A stretch of 64,000 bases of DNA from Antechinus flavipes. Lineage: Eukaryota. The DNA is taken from assembly GCF_016432865.1 (NCBI RefSeq), contig NC_067400.1, positions 635,128,001-635,192,000 on the forward strand, in the 5' to 3' direction. This document shows, in pieces, positions 10,889-25,300 of this stretch. Under the pieces are notes generated by a model that saw nothing but the letters and a program-made list of their open reading frames with translations, was not told the DNA's origin and did no database searches. The translations under genes were made by a program, and so were the position numbers. Every line of letters starts with the position of its first letter. Within the stretch, counting starts at the first letter, position 1.

Positions 10889-11477
10889 CTGAGACAAAGG
10901 GAACACAGGGAGGGGGAGAGAGGCTGGAGGTCCGGCAGGCTGGGGGCGGCCCTGGCCTTGGCCACCCCTCTCCCCAGGCTTGCCCACCCAGCGCTGAGCC
11001 GAGAGGCGGACGGAGCTGAGCGGCCTTGCCCAGGGTCACCCGGCCGGCGAGTGTGGGAAGTCTCCCCTGTCCTGCCTTCCTCCCAAGGGTCCCCAGCCGG
11101 TTCTGGGCCCCACGGCTCCCGGCTGAAGCGGGTGGGCAGCTGGCCACTGACTCGGGGACAGCAAACACCCTCCCCTCAGTAACTGAGCCCCCAACCCCCA
11201 CAGAATCCAACCCTGTGGGGTCATGGTGACCCCCCCATGGGGGGGACCCTGAGGCAGAGAGACCCGGGACAGGGGGAACCTGGGCCAGGGGGGACCTAGA
11301 ACAGGGGAGACCCGGAGCGGGGAGGACCCTGCGGCAGGGGAGACACAGGGCAGAGGTAAGCCAGGCCTCTAGACTCCAGGCTCCCAGGGGTGTGGAATGC
11401 CAGCCTCCATGGGCCCCATCCTGAAGATAAGCAGCTTCTGCTCGGAGCCCCCACCTCCCATCCCAGGGACCAGCAGG

Positions 11478-11655
11478 ATATTTTAGCCTGGGAGTGCTCC
11501 AGCCCCTCAGAGTCCCCTCCTCCCCAAGTATCCCAGCCTGGGGTGCTCCTCCCCCTCGGGGTCCCCTCCTCCTGGGGGGATATTTTAGCTTAGGAGTGCT
11601 CCAGCCCCTCAGAGTCCCCTCCTCCCCAAGTATCCCAGCCTGGGGTGCTCCCCCC
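11478..11655. repeat. Two-copy 102-bp tandem duplication
   Basis: atattttagc...ggagtgctccagcccctcagagtcc starts at 11478 and again at 11580. Confidence 0.85.
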
Positions 11656-11929
11656 CTCCGGGTCCCTGACCCCTGGAAAGCGGCCAGGTTCCCTCAAGAT
11701 GCTCCCCACTCCAGTCCTTTCCCAGAGTTGACACAAACCGTTGTTCTCCCCTCCCCAGCCCCCCACCCCCACCCCTACACGCCCGCGTTTACGAGGTTAA
11801 CCCTTTCCATTTTTCACTTCTCTTGCTGGAAACTTCAGCCCAGCGCCCCCTGGGCAGCCCACGTGCGGGCAGGGCTAGCTGGATGGGGCGGACCTTGCCT
11901 GATGGTGGGGCGGGGCTTTTCCTGACGGC

Positions 11930-12370
11930 GGGGAGGCCCCTCCCGAAGGGCGCGGTGAGCCTTACCTGGGGGCGGGGCGGTCTCTCCCCGAGGGCGGAGC
12001 TGACTTTCCCAGAGGGCGGGACGGACCTTCCCTGAGGGCGGGGTAAGCCTTACCTGGGGGCGGGGCGGTCCCTCCCCAAGGGCGGAGCGGACATTCCCTG
12101 AAGGCGGGGCGGTCTCTCCCCGAGGGCGCGGCGAGCCTTACCTGGGGGCGGGGCGGTCTCTCCCCGAGGGCGGAGCTGACTTTCCCCGAGGGCGGGGCGG
12201 ACCTTCCCTGAGGGCGGGGTAAGCCTTACCTGGGGGCGGGGCGGTCCCTCTCTGAGGGCGGGACGGACTTTCCCTGAGGGCGGGGTAAGCCTTACCTGGG
12301 GGCGGGGCGGTCCCTCTCTGAGGGCGGGGCGGACTTTCCCTGAGGGCGGGGTGAACCTTACCTGGGGGCG
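11930..12370. repeat. GC-box-rich VNTR (22-bp monomer, 66/88-bp higher-order units) spanning the NLRP exon-1 donor
   Basis: CCTTACCTGGGGG recurs six times at spacings of 66, 66, 88, 88, 88 nt. Confidence 0.95.
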
Positions 12371-12647
12371 GAGCCTCCTTCCTGGCCAGCTCCCAGAGCC
12401 GCCTCAGGCCCATCTCCTGCCAGACCCGCAGGGCCACTCGCCAGGCGCCTCCAGCGCCGTGGTAGGTGACCAGGAGCCCGGCCAGGTCCGCGGGGTCCGC
12501 CTTCTCCACCCGGCCCCGGGGGATCCGGGCCCTGGGAGAGCCCGGGGGGGCCCCCGCCGTGACAGCCAGCTTGAACTTCTTGAACTCCTGGGCTGTGAGC
12601 TCCTCCAGGTAGCTGGCCAACGTGAACGCGCTGCTGCTTCCCATCAT
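12362..12647 (-). CDS. NLRP gene exon 1, pyrin (PYD) domain
   Basis: MMGSSSAFTLASYLEELTAQEFKKFKL...RIPRGRVEKADPADLAGLLVTYHGAGGAWRVALRVWQEMGLRRLWELAR. 286 nt, phase-1 donor CAG|gtaagg. Confidence 0.92.
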
Positions 12648-13167
12648 CGCGGGGCCGCCGGGACCCCGACGGAGGGGGGCGGGGTCCGCCGGCTTCAGGG
12701 CGCAGGATCCCGCTGCCTTCCCTCCCACCCTCCTCAGAGGAAGGGGCCACGGGTGGAGGGGAGAGAAGGCAAGGTCAGGCAAACTGGAGGGGGAGCGGCC
12801 CGGGGGGCCCCTCTTTTCGCTTCAAGCCCCCCGCGGGGCTCAGGACAGATGCTGGCTGGGTCTCTCCCCGAGGTCAGACAGTCTCTGTGGGGTCTTGGCT
12901 CTGGCCTCAGTTTCTCCCCTCTCTGTCCCACCAGGAGGCTGGCCAGAGGGACTTCCGAGGCCCCTTCCTTCCCTTCACTGCACCCTCCAGTGCCGGCGTC
13001 CACCCCTGCACACTGCCCCAGTAGGGCTGGGCGGTGTCTGGGGCCCAGCCCGGAAAATGAGGAAACAGCCTAGAACCCACATCATCTTCCCTTCGCGTGG
13101 TTTTCACACGGGACAGAAGGGAAAGGAAAAAAATACTTCCCTTCCTGTCCCCTCCCCATCTCGCCCT

Positions 13168-13310
13168 TCCAAAGTCCCCAGGGACTGTGCAGCCCCTCCC
13201 CCAGGTCCTTATCCTCCCAAAGTCCCCAGGGACTGTGCAGCCCCTCCCCCAGGTCCTTATCCTCCCAAAGTCCCCAGGGACTGTGCAGCCCCTTCCCCAG
13301 GCCCTCATCC
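13168..13310. repeat. 48-bp tandem repeat, 3 copies
   Basis: aaagtccccagggactgtgcagcccc at 13171, 13219 and 13267. Confidence 0.9.
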
Positions 13311-13869
13311 TCCCGATTGTCCTTGCCCCCCACCCGCAGGGACAAAATTTCAGGGGCTTCTGGCCCAGGTGACAGCCCCCCTTCCTGGGTTGCTAAGTGG
13401 GGACCCACTCTTTGGGCCAGGTTGGTCTGCTCGGCCACCACTCTCTCCAACGCAGGGGGGTCACGTGGGCTCTTCCAGGGACCGCAAGCAGCCCTCGAAA
13501 CGTGGGGGGCGCGCTGGACCCCACCCCAAGCCCCAGACTAGCTTATGACAATTATTAATAGACGTTTCCTAAAATCACGGAGGCCGGTTAAGACTTGCTG
13601 GGCCCCGAAGAGACACTCGTCCAATACCCCGACCATGAACCCGGGCCAGCAGGGGCTGGTTGGCTGTTTTTATCACCACACCCTGTGGGGAAGCTGCGGC
13701 CCTCCGAGCATGGCTGGGCGCCAGAATCCGGATGCAGAAACTTTCTTCCCCTGACCTTCCCCCTCCGCGCCAGGAAGGAACCCCGCTCCGGGGCTGGCTT
13801 GGGGGAAATCAGGCTTTGACTCCTGAGCAGGTGCTCCGGGTTGGGAACCTGGGACTCTGGTCCTGCCGC

Positions 13870-14085
13870 GGGCGCACTGACTGAGCCCCGCTCCGGAGAC
13901 GCACTGACCAAGCCCCCCTCCCCACAGACGCACTGACTGAGCCCCTACCCCCGGCAGCCGCACCGAGTAAGTCTCCCCTCCCCCGCAGCCGCACCGAGTC
14001 TCCCCTTCCCCGCAGCCGCACCGAGTCTCCCCTTCCCCGCAGCCGCACTATGTCTCCCCTTTCCTGCAGCCGCACTGACTGAGCC
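13870..14085. repeat. GC-rich ~27-30-bp tandem repeat (CGCAGCCGCACCGAGTCTCCCCTTCCC)
   Basis: Direct repeats. Confidence 0.8.
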
Positions 14086-15689
14086 CCGTGGCTGGCGCCC
14101 TTCTTAAGCACCAGCCATTCGCCAGCACTAAGAGCCTGGCCTCTGAGACCTGAGTTCACCCAATATCTTTGCCAAGAAAACCCCAAACGGGGTCACAAAA
14201 GGAACCCCCTGAGCCAAGCACCAAGCTGACCTCTGGGGACGCCAAAAGAGGGGGATAAGAGGCAGCCCCGGAGCTCGTGTGCAAAGTAGATCCGGGCAGA
14301 CCGAGAAGGCTAGTGGGGAGGGGGGGGAGTCTGGGGGCGGGGGGAGAGCCTGGTGGGGAGGACTGAGAGCAGGATCCCGGGGGTGACGGCCCCTCTGCCT
14401 CAGTCTCTCCCCGTTCCACAGCTGAAGCCAGCCAGCACCACTGCAGGAGTCAACTCAGAGGGCCCCAGGAGGACAAAAGGGACCCCTGCTCCAGGGGGCA
14501 CCCCGAGGCCTGGAGCAGGAGTGAGCCCCTGCCTCATGGACTCAGCTGGAGCCATCCCCACCCCTTACCCCCTCTTCCTTCCTTGTCCCTGACTCTAGAT
14601 CGAGTGCCCCCTTCCCCCCACTGCAGGGATGCCCTCCCTCCCTACAGATGCTCTCTCCCCCCCCCCTCACCCCCAGATCCCACTTGCTTTCAGTCCCTCC
14701 CAGGGCCCTTTTTGCCCTTCCATCCCTGCTGACTCTGGTCCCAGGACAGCGTCTCTCCTCTCCCTTCCACCTAATGACCCCCCCCATTCCATCCCAACTG
14801 CCCCTGCAAGTGAGTGGTGACCTCAGAGGGCTGCTGGCCTTTTTCAGGGCCCGTCCTGGCAAGCTGGGTGCAGCTGATCTCCCTGCTGCACGGCTCTGCT
14901 CTCTGGGGGTTTGGGAGACCCCTCCCTGGTCATCCTCCCAGCTCTCTGGCGGCTCCTTCTCAGTCTCCTTGGCTGGGTTTTCCTGCCCTCTAACCTGGGT
15001 GTCCCTCAGGACTCGCCCCGGGTGACCCTCTCTCCCCCGAAGGGGCTCCAGCCTCCCTTTCCCTCCCTCACCCTCTGCCGGCTCACATCATGTGCCCCCA
15101 CGTCCTGCTCGATGGCCAGGAGACATCTTACCCTGAGGGTCCGAAACAGAAACATTCTTTCCCATTTAATCCTCCCCCTTCCCGGAAGTCCTTCAGCTCC
15201 CAACGCAGAAGTCATCCTGGGCTCCTCGGGCTCACTGTCAGAGCCAATATGGCGCCACGGGCTGTGGATTTCCCCTCCGCAGCCTCCCCCTCATACCTGG
15301 GGCACAGCAGTAGCCTGCATCCAACCCCTCAGTAACCTCCAGCGGCTCCAGAAGCAAAGGAGCCAGTCTCTCTGAGCACTCAAAGCCCTTCCTGAGCCGC
15401 CCTCAGCTTGCCAGGCCTCCTACCCCCTACCAGTGACCCCGGTCTCCAGGCCCTTCCTCCCTCACTGCTCCTGGTATTTTCTCCGGCCAGGGCCCACATC
15501 AGGAATGCCTGCCCTCCTCCCCGCTGGCACGGGGCCGTCCTTGTCGTCGATGTCATCTGCTCCCCCCCATACCAAAGCAGAACCAGTCTGACCCATTCCC
15601 CTGACAGACAAATTAGTCATGCCTTCAAAAGCAGGAAGGTTCATCTGGCACGACCTCGTGCCTTTCCACAGGGCCGCCAGCTCTGTAAG

Positions 15690-15800
15690 GAACCCGAGCA
15701 CAGGGTCCAGAACCCGAGCATGGGATACAGAACCCAAGTATAGGGTCCAGAACCCAAGCACAGGGTCCAGAACCCAAGCACAGGATAAAGAACCCAAATG
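15690..15800. repeat. ~20-bp tandem repeat (GGTCCAGAACCCAAGCACAG)
   Basis: Direct repeats. Confidence 0.8.
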
Positions 15801-18800
15801 CAGGTTCCACAATTCCCCAACCCAGGCAAGTCCGAGGCTCTCCCACACCCAAAGGACCAGCCAACAAAGGAAGAATCTGGGGACTCTCTCAGGACGACAT
15901 GAGCAGTTTAATAACCCCAACTGGTTCCTACCATAGGGATGGTCCCCCAGTGCATTCTGAGACAGACTGTTCAGCGGACCTCCCAAGGACCCCCAAAGGT
16001 TCCCCGGTCATTACAGAAGGCGAAGGGAGGAGGAGCTGCCAAGGGGATTTGCATCAGGCTCAGCAAGCAGTTCCGATTTGGGGCGTGGGTCCCCGGGTTC
16101 GGGCGCAGTTGGCACCCTAGGGTGAGCGCCACCCACCACTCGTGAGGGGGACGCAGTGAGATGGTTCCTGGCCGCCCGCACCCAGTTACCACATCCTGCC
16201 CACGGCTTTCCCCAGCAGGACACCCCAAGGCCTTGGGTGGTCGGACACACGGGATTCTCTGCCATGCACCCCCGTCCCCCCTTTGCAATGGCTTCCCCCC
16301 ACAGGACCCCCCAAGGAAGGCTCAGGCATTGCCTGGGATTTGGGGGAAGGGATGCAGCCTGAGACTATGAAGGGGCCTCCTCGGTCAGTGGCCCTTCTCC
16401 AGCCTGGGAGCGGGGCCTGACTCCCCGTCTGCCCACACGCCTCCTGCTTCGTGTCCCGGCTGCTGACGATGGCGTTCTCCTCGGCCGAGGAAAGCGGCCC
16501 CAAGCCCAGCCCTCCGGGTGCGAGTCACGTCGGGCAGCTACCGGCCAGGGCTTGGCACCCACTGCTCCCAAAGGGCACCTTCTGGCACACAGGCGGGAGG
16601 GCCGTGGCCTTGCCGAGCCCCGAGCTCGAAGGGGAGCCGCCGACGAGGCCTGCCCTCTGACCCTCCGGCCGCAGTGGGAGCCAGGCGCGGCCCAGAGTTC
16701 TAGGGGTGGCCATGAGGAGTCCCCAGGGAAGAACCAGCCGGCACCGAGGACGCTTACTGAGAAGGGGAGACCGGCCCTGTCCTCCAAGAGCCACCAGACC
16801 AGACTCCAAGCAGCCTCCGGCCACTCCCTGCCGGCCCCTCCTCAGGCCCACCTAGCTGTGTCCGCTGCTCTGGTGACCGTCAGGCTGGCACGCCAGGGTC
16901 CTCACCGGTCCGGTCCGCCTCCACCAATCATCTGCCTGCGATCGGGGTAGAGACAAAAATCAACAACGGCGTGACTTGTTCCCAGCGGACAGAAGCCCAA
17001 ATGAGAGATGGGGCTAGTCCCTCCGGCCTCTGGACTCTCTCTGGCCTCCAGGACTCCCTCTGGCCTCTGGGATTCCCTCAAGTCTCTGGACTCTCTGGCC
17101 TCTGGGAACAGTGGTGGCTGTTCCCCCCAAAATACCCCCCACTCTGGACTCCCCACCCCCAGAGCTATCTGTGGGACAGAGCCAGGAGGAGCTGTTGCCC
17201 TCTAAGCTGCAGTGGCAGCAGGCCACGAGAAAACGGGCTGAGCCCCTGAAAGACTGAGCCCCCAGACAGCAGCTACTGCCGGGGTCTGGGAAGAGGGTGG
17301 CCACCAGGGCACATGGTGGGGAACAAATGGGTGCAGACCTACAGGATCAAACTGGGGCGTCTGCGGCCAAGAAGATGTGACCCCGAGAGACTGAGGACTG
17401 GGAGGGAATGACCCAGGAGCGAGGTCCCGGGCCACAGGGAAAGGCAGGACCGGCCACGGAGGCCCAGCTCCTTTCTCCACATTGTGCCCTCTGCCCAGGC
17501 CTTGCCATGGAGTGGGAGCTTCCAGGCGGCCGGGGAGGGAGACAGGAAGGCAGGGCTGAGGGGAGGAGTGGAGTCGGACCCTGGGGGCCTCAGGGGGCTC
17601 ATGGGAGGCTCCTTGGCGCACCGGCACATTAGGGAAATGACTGTGTTCCAAGCATCGGAGTAGAGACTGCAGGCAGGGCCCAGGCAGGAGGCCGGGACAA
17701 GGGGCCGCCCTGCTCCAGCCCCAAGAGGTCATAGGAAAAGGAAGGGGCCACCCGCACAGACAGGGCCACAGAGGTCATAGGGAAGGGGCCCCCTGTACGG
17801 ACACAGCCGCAGCGCCTCCTTCTGGGGGGCCCCCATCCGCTGGACGATGGCCCGACAAGTGGGGGTCTGTGAGGAACAGAGAACCCAGGGATTTCCGGAA
17901 AGCCAGGAGAGACTTCCGGGAGCTGGTGCTGAGTGAGACCTGGGGAGCCCGGCCCCCAAAACTATGTGATGATGACTGGGTTCTCCTCAGCAACGGGTCG
18001 CCCTGAGGCGATCCCTAGGGGCCGAATGGGCCACTGGCTTCCAAGGGGACCCGGCTCCCTCTGCTCAGGTTCCCCTTTTGTTCTGATCCCTTCCCAGCGG
18101 GTGCAGTCGGGTGGGACGGGGGCAGATGACCTGTGTCAGGCTGCGGCCGTCTAGGAGGGAGGAAGGGATGGGGGGAGAAATCTGGAAATCCAGATTGGAC
18201 ACAAATGAATATCGAAGACGCTCTTTCCGTGTGATTGGGAAAAACCACTCAAGTGCAAAAAAGCCCCTAAAGCCCAGATGGCAGCTGGGATCGAAGAGGA
18301 GGGTCTCCTATCTGGCCTGGCAGAAATACAGAGCCCCCTTCCAGAGGCGGGAACCGGGCGGGGCTGGGGGTGACCCGCCCAAAGTGCGGTCTGGGGCCCT
18401 GAGGGCCGGGGATGCCGGGGGCGCAGTGGCCAGCTCCTGCTCAGCTGCCCCTCGCCCCTTTCACCAATTGGCTCAGGCCCCATCCCTCCCCGCCCCTCCA
18501 TCCCTGGAAACGATGTCCCCTCCCCTAAAGCGAAGCTCCCCGAGGGCAGGAATGGCTCCACCTTCCCAGGCGGGGCCGAGCCAAGCAGCCGCTCCACTGA
18601 GCTTGAATTCCTGAGACAAAGAGTGAGAGGGAGGGGATGGGCTCTGCCTGAGAGCCCTTCCGGAGAAGCTTGGGGCCCGCTGGGGCTGGCTAGCAGGGGA
18701 CGAAGGAGGAAGCTGGGCCGGAGGGAGGGAGGGGCCTGCTGGGGTCTCCCAGCCCCCTTCCTGCCTGACAATAACCTGGAAAAGGCAGGTAAGCTAACAG

Positions 18801-19383
18801 AAAGCGAGGGACGCAGACATGGGGTGGGCTGGGCAGCATGGTGGAAGGCGCCTGCCCTGAGCCTCAGCTCTCCTGTCTGTAAAGCGGGGATAAATCTGTA
18901 GGACTTGCTTCACAGGGCTGGTCTGGGGCTCAATAAGGCATCTTGAGTGCTCTAAGGCGGGCCAAAAAAGTCAGCGATAACCGAAACCCTGGGCCGCGAT
19001 TGGCTCCCGACTCCCTTGCTTCCGGAGACATCCCTAGGCAGCTCCCCAGGGAAAAAGCTTGGGAGTCGGCTACGGTTAACCCGGTCCCCGGGAAGATACA
19101 CAGGAAGCGCAAGTCGATGCCCGAGGGGAAATGGGGGCCGCCCCTTCCTCGGAGGCGGCTCCCCGGCTGCAGCCAACCTACCTGTGGAAGAGGGCTTCGA
19201 GGGACGAGGGGAGCTGCTCGGCGTCCTTGCTCCGGAGGCTCGCTGACCCGGGCCCAAGGAGGGACCCTTCCCACGCGTTGTCCTTCGAGCATTTCCCGGT
19301 GGAAGGAACCGGCCGCCAGGGTTCCCGCCTCCGTTGGTGCGCACGAGGGGGCCGCCCCTCGGCGCCTGCGTCCAGCCTTCGGA

Positions 19384-21102
<1,719 letters not shown>

Positions 21103-21849
21103 TCAGGGGGGGCCAAAGGCCTTCAGAAAGGAGAGGGGACAAAGGGGCCCTGGCAGTGGCTCCACTGAGGGACGCCCCCCTTCCTCCCTCACCCACCTGC
21201 GTCTCCAGGCAGGTCCAGAGCCCCCGGCTTGTCCCCTCCTTCCTGACTGATGGCCACCTCAGAGGTGGAAACTGGAAATTAGGCGGAAAAACAAAGAGAG
21301 CATAAGGACTTGTGTGTGCTTTGTCCACAACAGCTCCAAGGCCCCGGGTAGGGCACGCAGGAAGAAGCTCATTGTACGGGTCACCCCCTGACCAAGGGCT
21401 GACCGGCAGCCTGGAGCGGCTGGACTGGAGAGGACACCAGAGATCAGAGCAGAAGGGGGCCCTCCGCCATGGGGCCGAGCTACGGGGAGGGCAACCACCA
21501 GCTCTCCTCCTGGGCACCCTGGGCCAGCCCCCTCCCACAAACACCGTCACCGCAGACCGGGTGAGTTAGGGGAGCCCCTGCCTGGTCTCCCCCACTGTTT
21601 CCGTCCTGGCCAGGCCCCGGAAGCTGGGCCCGCCAGTGAGCCTCAGCCAGAGGACTGTCACTAAGGGCATGTCCACACCTAGACTTAGGCCTGCCGCCAT
21701 CGACCTCGGGCTGGCCCCTTGGGTCAGCCAGGGAGGCCCCGGGGAAGCAGCCTCAGTAGGGACGGTCCTCCCAGGGAAGGAGAGGCGGTGCTGCTGCGCT
21801 AGCCACGCCTACCCAGCCAGTGAAGAGCAGCAGGGAGCCCGACCCCGCC

Positions 21850-23000
21850 CCTAAGGAGGAGCCTGCTGCCTGACCCCACCTCTCAGGAGCCTGAAGGCTG
21901 GCCCTCTCTCTGGAGGACCAGGAGTCTGGCCCCACCCCAGCCCTAGAGAAGGAACCTGCAACCTAGTCCCACCCCTCTGGAGGAGGAGCCTATGGCTTGG
22001 CCCCTCCCCACCTTCTCCCTAGAGGAGGAGTCTACGGCCTGGCCCTCTGGAGGATGGCCCCACCTCAGAGAAGGAGACTGCAGGCTACCTGACCCCGCCT
22101 TCTCCCCCCAATCTGAGGGTTGGTCCTGGAAGAGGAGCCTGCAGCTGGCCCCCACTCAGTAAGAGAAGCTTGTGGCCTAGCCCCGCCCCACCCTCTCCCT
22201 GGAGGAGGAGCCAGTGGTGTGGCCCCACCCTCTCCCTGGAGGAGGAGTCTGTGGCGTGGCCCCACCCTCTCCCTGGAGGAGGAGCCTGCGGCATGGTCCC
22301 GCCCTAACCTGGAGGAGGAGCCTGTGGTGTGGCCCTGCCCTCTCCCTGGAGGAGGAGCCTGCAGCGTAACCCCACCTTCTCCCTGGAGGAGGAGCCTGTG
22401 GCGTGGCCCTGCCCTAACCGTGGAGGAGGAGCCAGTGGTGTGGCCCCACCCTCTCCCTGGAGGAGTCTGTGGCGTGGCCCCACCCTCTCCCTGGAGGAGG
22501 AGCCTGTGGTGTGGCCCTGCCCTCTCCCTGGAGGAGGAGCCTGCAGCGTAACCCCACCTTCTCCCTGGAGGAGGAGCCTGTGGCGTGGCCCTGCCCTAAC
22601 CGTGGAGGAGGAGCCTGTGGCATGGCCCCGCCTTAACCTGGAGGAGGAGCCTGTGGTGTGGTTCTGTCTTAACTGTGGAGGAGGCGCCTGTGGCGTGGCC
22701 CCACCCTCTCCCTGGAGGAGGAGCCTGTGGCATGGCTCCTCCCTAACCTGGAGGAGGAGCCTGTGGTGTGGCCCTGCCCTCTCCCTGGAGGAGGAGCCTG
22801 CAGCGTAACCCCACCTTCTCCCTGGAGGAGGAGCCTGTGGCGTGGCCCTGCCCTAACCGTGGAGGAGGAGCCAGTTGTGTGGCCCCACCCTCTCCCTGGA
22901 GGAGGAGTCTGTGGCGTGGCCCCACCCTCTCCCTGGAGGAGGAGCCTGCGGCATGGTCCCGCCCTAACCTGGAGGAGGAGCCTGTGGTGTGGCCCTGCCC
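21850..23000. repeat. ~37-bp GC-rich minisatellite (CCTGGAGGAGGAGCCTGTGGCGTGGCCCCACCCTCTC) in the ZSCAN intron
   Basis: Direct tandem repeats, roughly 30 units. Confidence 0.95.
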
Positions 23001-23479
23001 TAGTAGGAGCACTCTGCGACTCGGCCCTAGGACAGGTAAGAGCTAGAAGATAAGCCCAGACTGGGATGGAAACTGACGTAGATGAGTAGAAGTGGGAGGA
23101 GAGCCCACAGTGTGGGGGAGGTGCGTGCCCACCCCTTCTGGGCGGGGTCCCCGGCTCAGGGGTAGGAATTTGCCGGAGGTGGCTCGCTGCTAGTCCGGGC
23201 TGCTCCCCCATCCACCCCCTCCCGGCAGTCGATCCTCCGGTATTAACCAAAATTAATGAATTCAGCACCTGGTAGGAGGCAGGGAGGTGGCTCCCGCCTC
23301 CCCCCACCCCCCACAGCCTCTGACTCTTTGTAGCGATGTGGCTGAGCAAAGTCCCTGCGCCTCTGTCTGCCTCAATTTCCTCGGCTGTAACGCACTTATC
23401 ACGGAGCCTGGCACAGGCCACCGGGAGGGGCGGTCGGGGCTTTGGAACAAGGGGCTAACGGCAGGAGTGACCCACGTAC

Positions 23480-23618
23480 CTGGTGGGCGTCCCAGGAGAT
23501 GGCCCAGCGGCCCGGGAGAACTGGGCCACGCGGAGCTGCCGCTGACCCTGGCGTCCGGCTGAGGCACCTCGGGGGTCTCCTCCACCTGCGCCTTCTCCCC
23601 ACGTGCACCGACCGTGAC
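23480..23618 (-). CDS. ZSCAN gene post-SCAN linker exon
   Basis: 139 nt, phase 0-to-1, ctccag| and CAG|gtacgt. Begins VTVGARGEK, like the VTV exon that follows many SCAN domains. Phase-compatible with the finger exon. Confidence 0.7.
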
Positions 23619-23709
23619 CTGGAGACCAAGAAGGCGGGATGTGGGGCGGGGCTCTCTGGGGCTCAGTGCAGCCCCCCTCCCACACTGCCTCAGCCCCAGC
23701 ATCCCGCAC

Positions 23710-24033
23710 CTGCAGGCCCTCCACCAGGCTCACAGCCTCCTCGCCAGTCTCAGGACACTGCTCTCGCACCCAGGCCTGGATCTCTGGGGGCAGGACGCTG
23801 AGGAACTGCTCCAGCACCAGCAGCTCCAGCATCTGCTCCTTGCTGAGGCTCTCCGGGCGCAGCCACCTCCAGCACAGCTCCCGCAGCCGCCCCAGAGCCT
23901 CGCGGGGACCCGCTGCCTCCTGGTAGCGGAAGGTCCGGAAGAGCCGGCCCCAGGCGGGGGCCTCCTGCTTCCAGGGACCCCAGGGGGCGGTCTGGGGGTC
24001 CTGGGGGGCTGTGGCCCCCCACCCTGCAGACAT
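23710..24033 (-). CDS. ZSCAN gene SCAN-domain exon
   Basis: [82 protein letters not shown] at 24033, acceptor tctcttcag| at 24074, donor CAG|gtgcgg. Confidence 0.93.
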
Positions 24034-24189
24034 GATCCTTCCCGGAGGCAGCAGAGGCTCTGGCACAGCAAGCCTGAAGAGACAGGGAGAAATGCAAGGT
24101 TACTGGTGGCTCCCCAGGGCTGGGGAGGGGGGAGGGAGGGCCTGAGCCCACGCAACAGGGCTGGGAGGGGAGGGGGCAGCAGCTGGGAG

Positions 24190-24530
24190 AAATGTGCAGA
24201 GACAGAGATACAGAGATAGGGATGCAGTGACAGAGATAAAAAGATGCAGAGATAGATAACCGAGGCCGATTGAGAGACAAGGAGATACAGAGACATGCAG
24301 AACTGGGGAGAGGCAGATACAGAGATAAAGAGACGCAGAGACAGAGAGACAGGAAGATGCAGACAGAGAGATACACAAAGATGGAGAAAGAGCTGCAGAG
24401 ATAGGAGGATGCGCAGACACGCAGAGACAGGGATGCGCAGAGACAGGAAGATGCAGAAAGAAAGCGATGTGGAGACACGGATGCACAGAGATGGGGAGAT
24501 GCAGGGAGATGCAGAGACAGAATCACAGAG
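24190..24530. repeat. Degenerate (AG)-rich simple repeat in ZSCAN intron 1
   Basis: agagacagagatacag-type low complexity. Confidence 0.85.
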
Positions 24531-24539
24531 AGCCCCCCG

Positions 24540-25300
24540 CCCCCTCTCGCGCTTTCCTCACCTCAATCTTTCCTCTCCCGCGCCGCCCGGAAGTCTCTCC
24601 TCCTGAGCCCCGCCTTTTGGTGACGTCACTTCAAGTTCTAGCGCCGTTGTCGGCCCCCTTCTTCCCCTCTACCGCTGTCCCGGTCCCGGGCCGCTCTGGG
24701 CGGTCGGGAGGACCAAATGTCTCGAATCCTCCAGCCCCAGCGTGGAGGCTTCTGGGAAGGGGAGGTACGCCCGCCCCTCCCTCCCCGGGGCGAGCCCTGG
24801 AGGGCGGGGGCGGGGCTGCCCTGGACGATCCTGCCTCCCTTTCCCTCCCGTCCCCCGCGGACTGCCTCGGGCTGCGGGGTCGCCCAGGGCCTCTCCCGCA
24901 GGGAGAGCTGGGCTGGGAGGCGCCCTCCGCCCCACAAGCCGCGCTTCTCGCTTTCTTCTCCGGGGCTTGGGCAGAGAAGCCTGCGGGGGCTTCTCCTTGT
25001 TGGGGGGGAGGGAGGGGGCGGGGAACTGCCGTCTCCCCCCCAGCAAGTCCGGGGCCTTGAGCCGGTCATCCTCCCCGCGCCAGCCAGAAGGGAAGCCTCA
25101 CTACAGGCCGCCCAGAAGGGCTCGCAGGGCCAGCTTCTCCCCAAAGGCTCTCCTCGGGCTGCCTCGCGTCCCGTCGGTGACCCTGGGCAAGGATTACAGC
25201 CTCCTGAGGGAGGCTTGTGGCCCCCGCCGAGCCCACGGGAGCCGCCCGACCCCCTCCCCTGTAAGGGGGTGCCCGACTCCAGAGAGGGCGCCCCTTTGTG
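24540..25300 (-). promoter_or_regulatory. CpG-island promoter and probable non-coding first exon of the ZSCAN gene
   Basis: CpG-rich. ETS CCGGAAGT at 24587-24594, palindromic CRE TGACGTCA at 24621-24628, GC boxes, and a minus-strand donor GAG|gtgagg at 24562. Confidence 0.7.

Noticed and set aside
13500-18900. Many 60-200 aa ORFs and an isolated octamer ATTTGCAT at 16047
   Set aside because: GC-rich low-complexity sequence with no recognisable domains or consistent exon chain. A hidden gene cannot be excluded without RNA data.
21259-21550. Possible KRAB-B exon (RLPVSPW)
   Set aside because: The resemblance is only a few residues, the phase does not fit, and no KRAB-A exon was found.
22065-23053. 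Repetitive ORFs (PSPWRRSLW, LEEEPVVW) and the possibility of a CRISPR-like array
   Set aside because: Contiguous eukaryotic minisatellite units with no unique spacers. No CRISPR array anywhere in the window.
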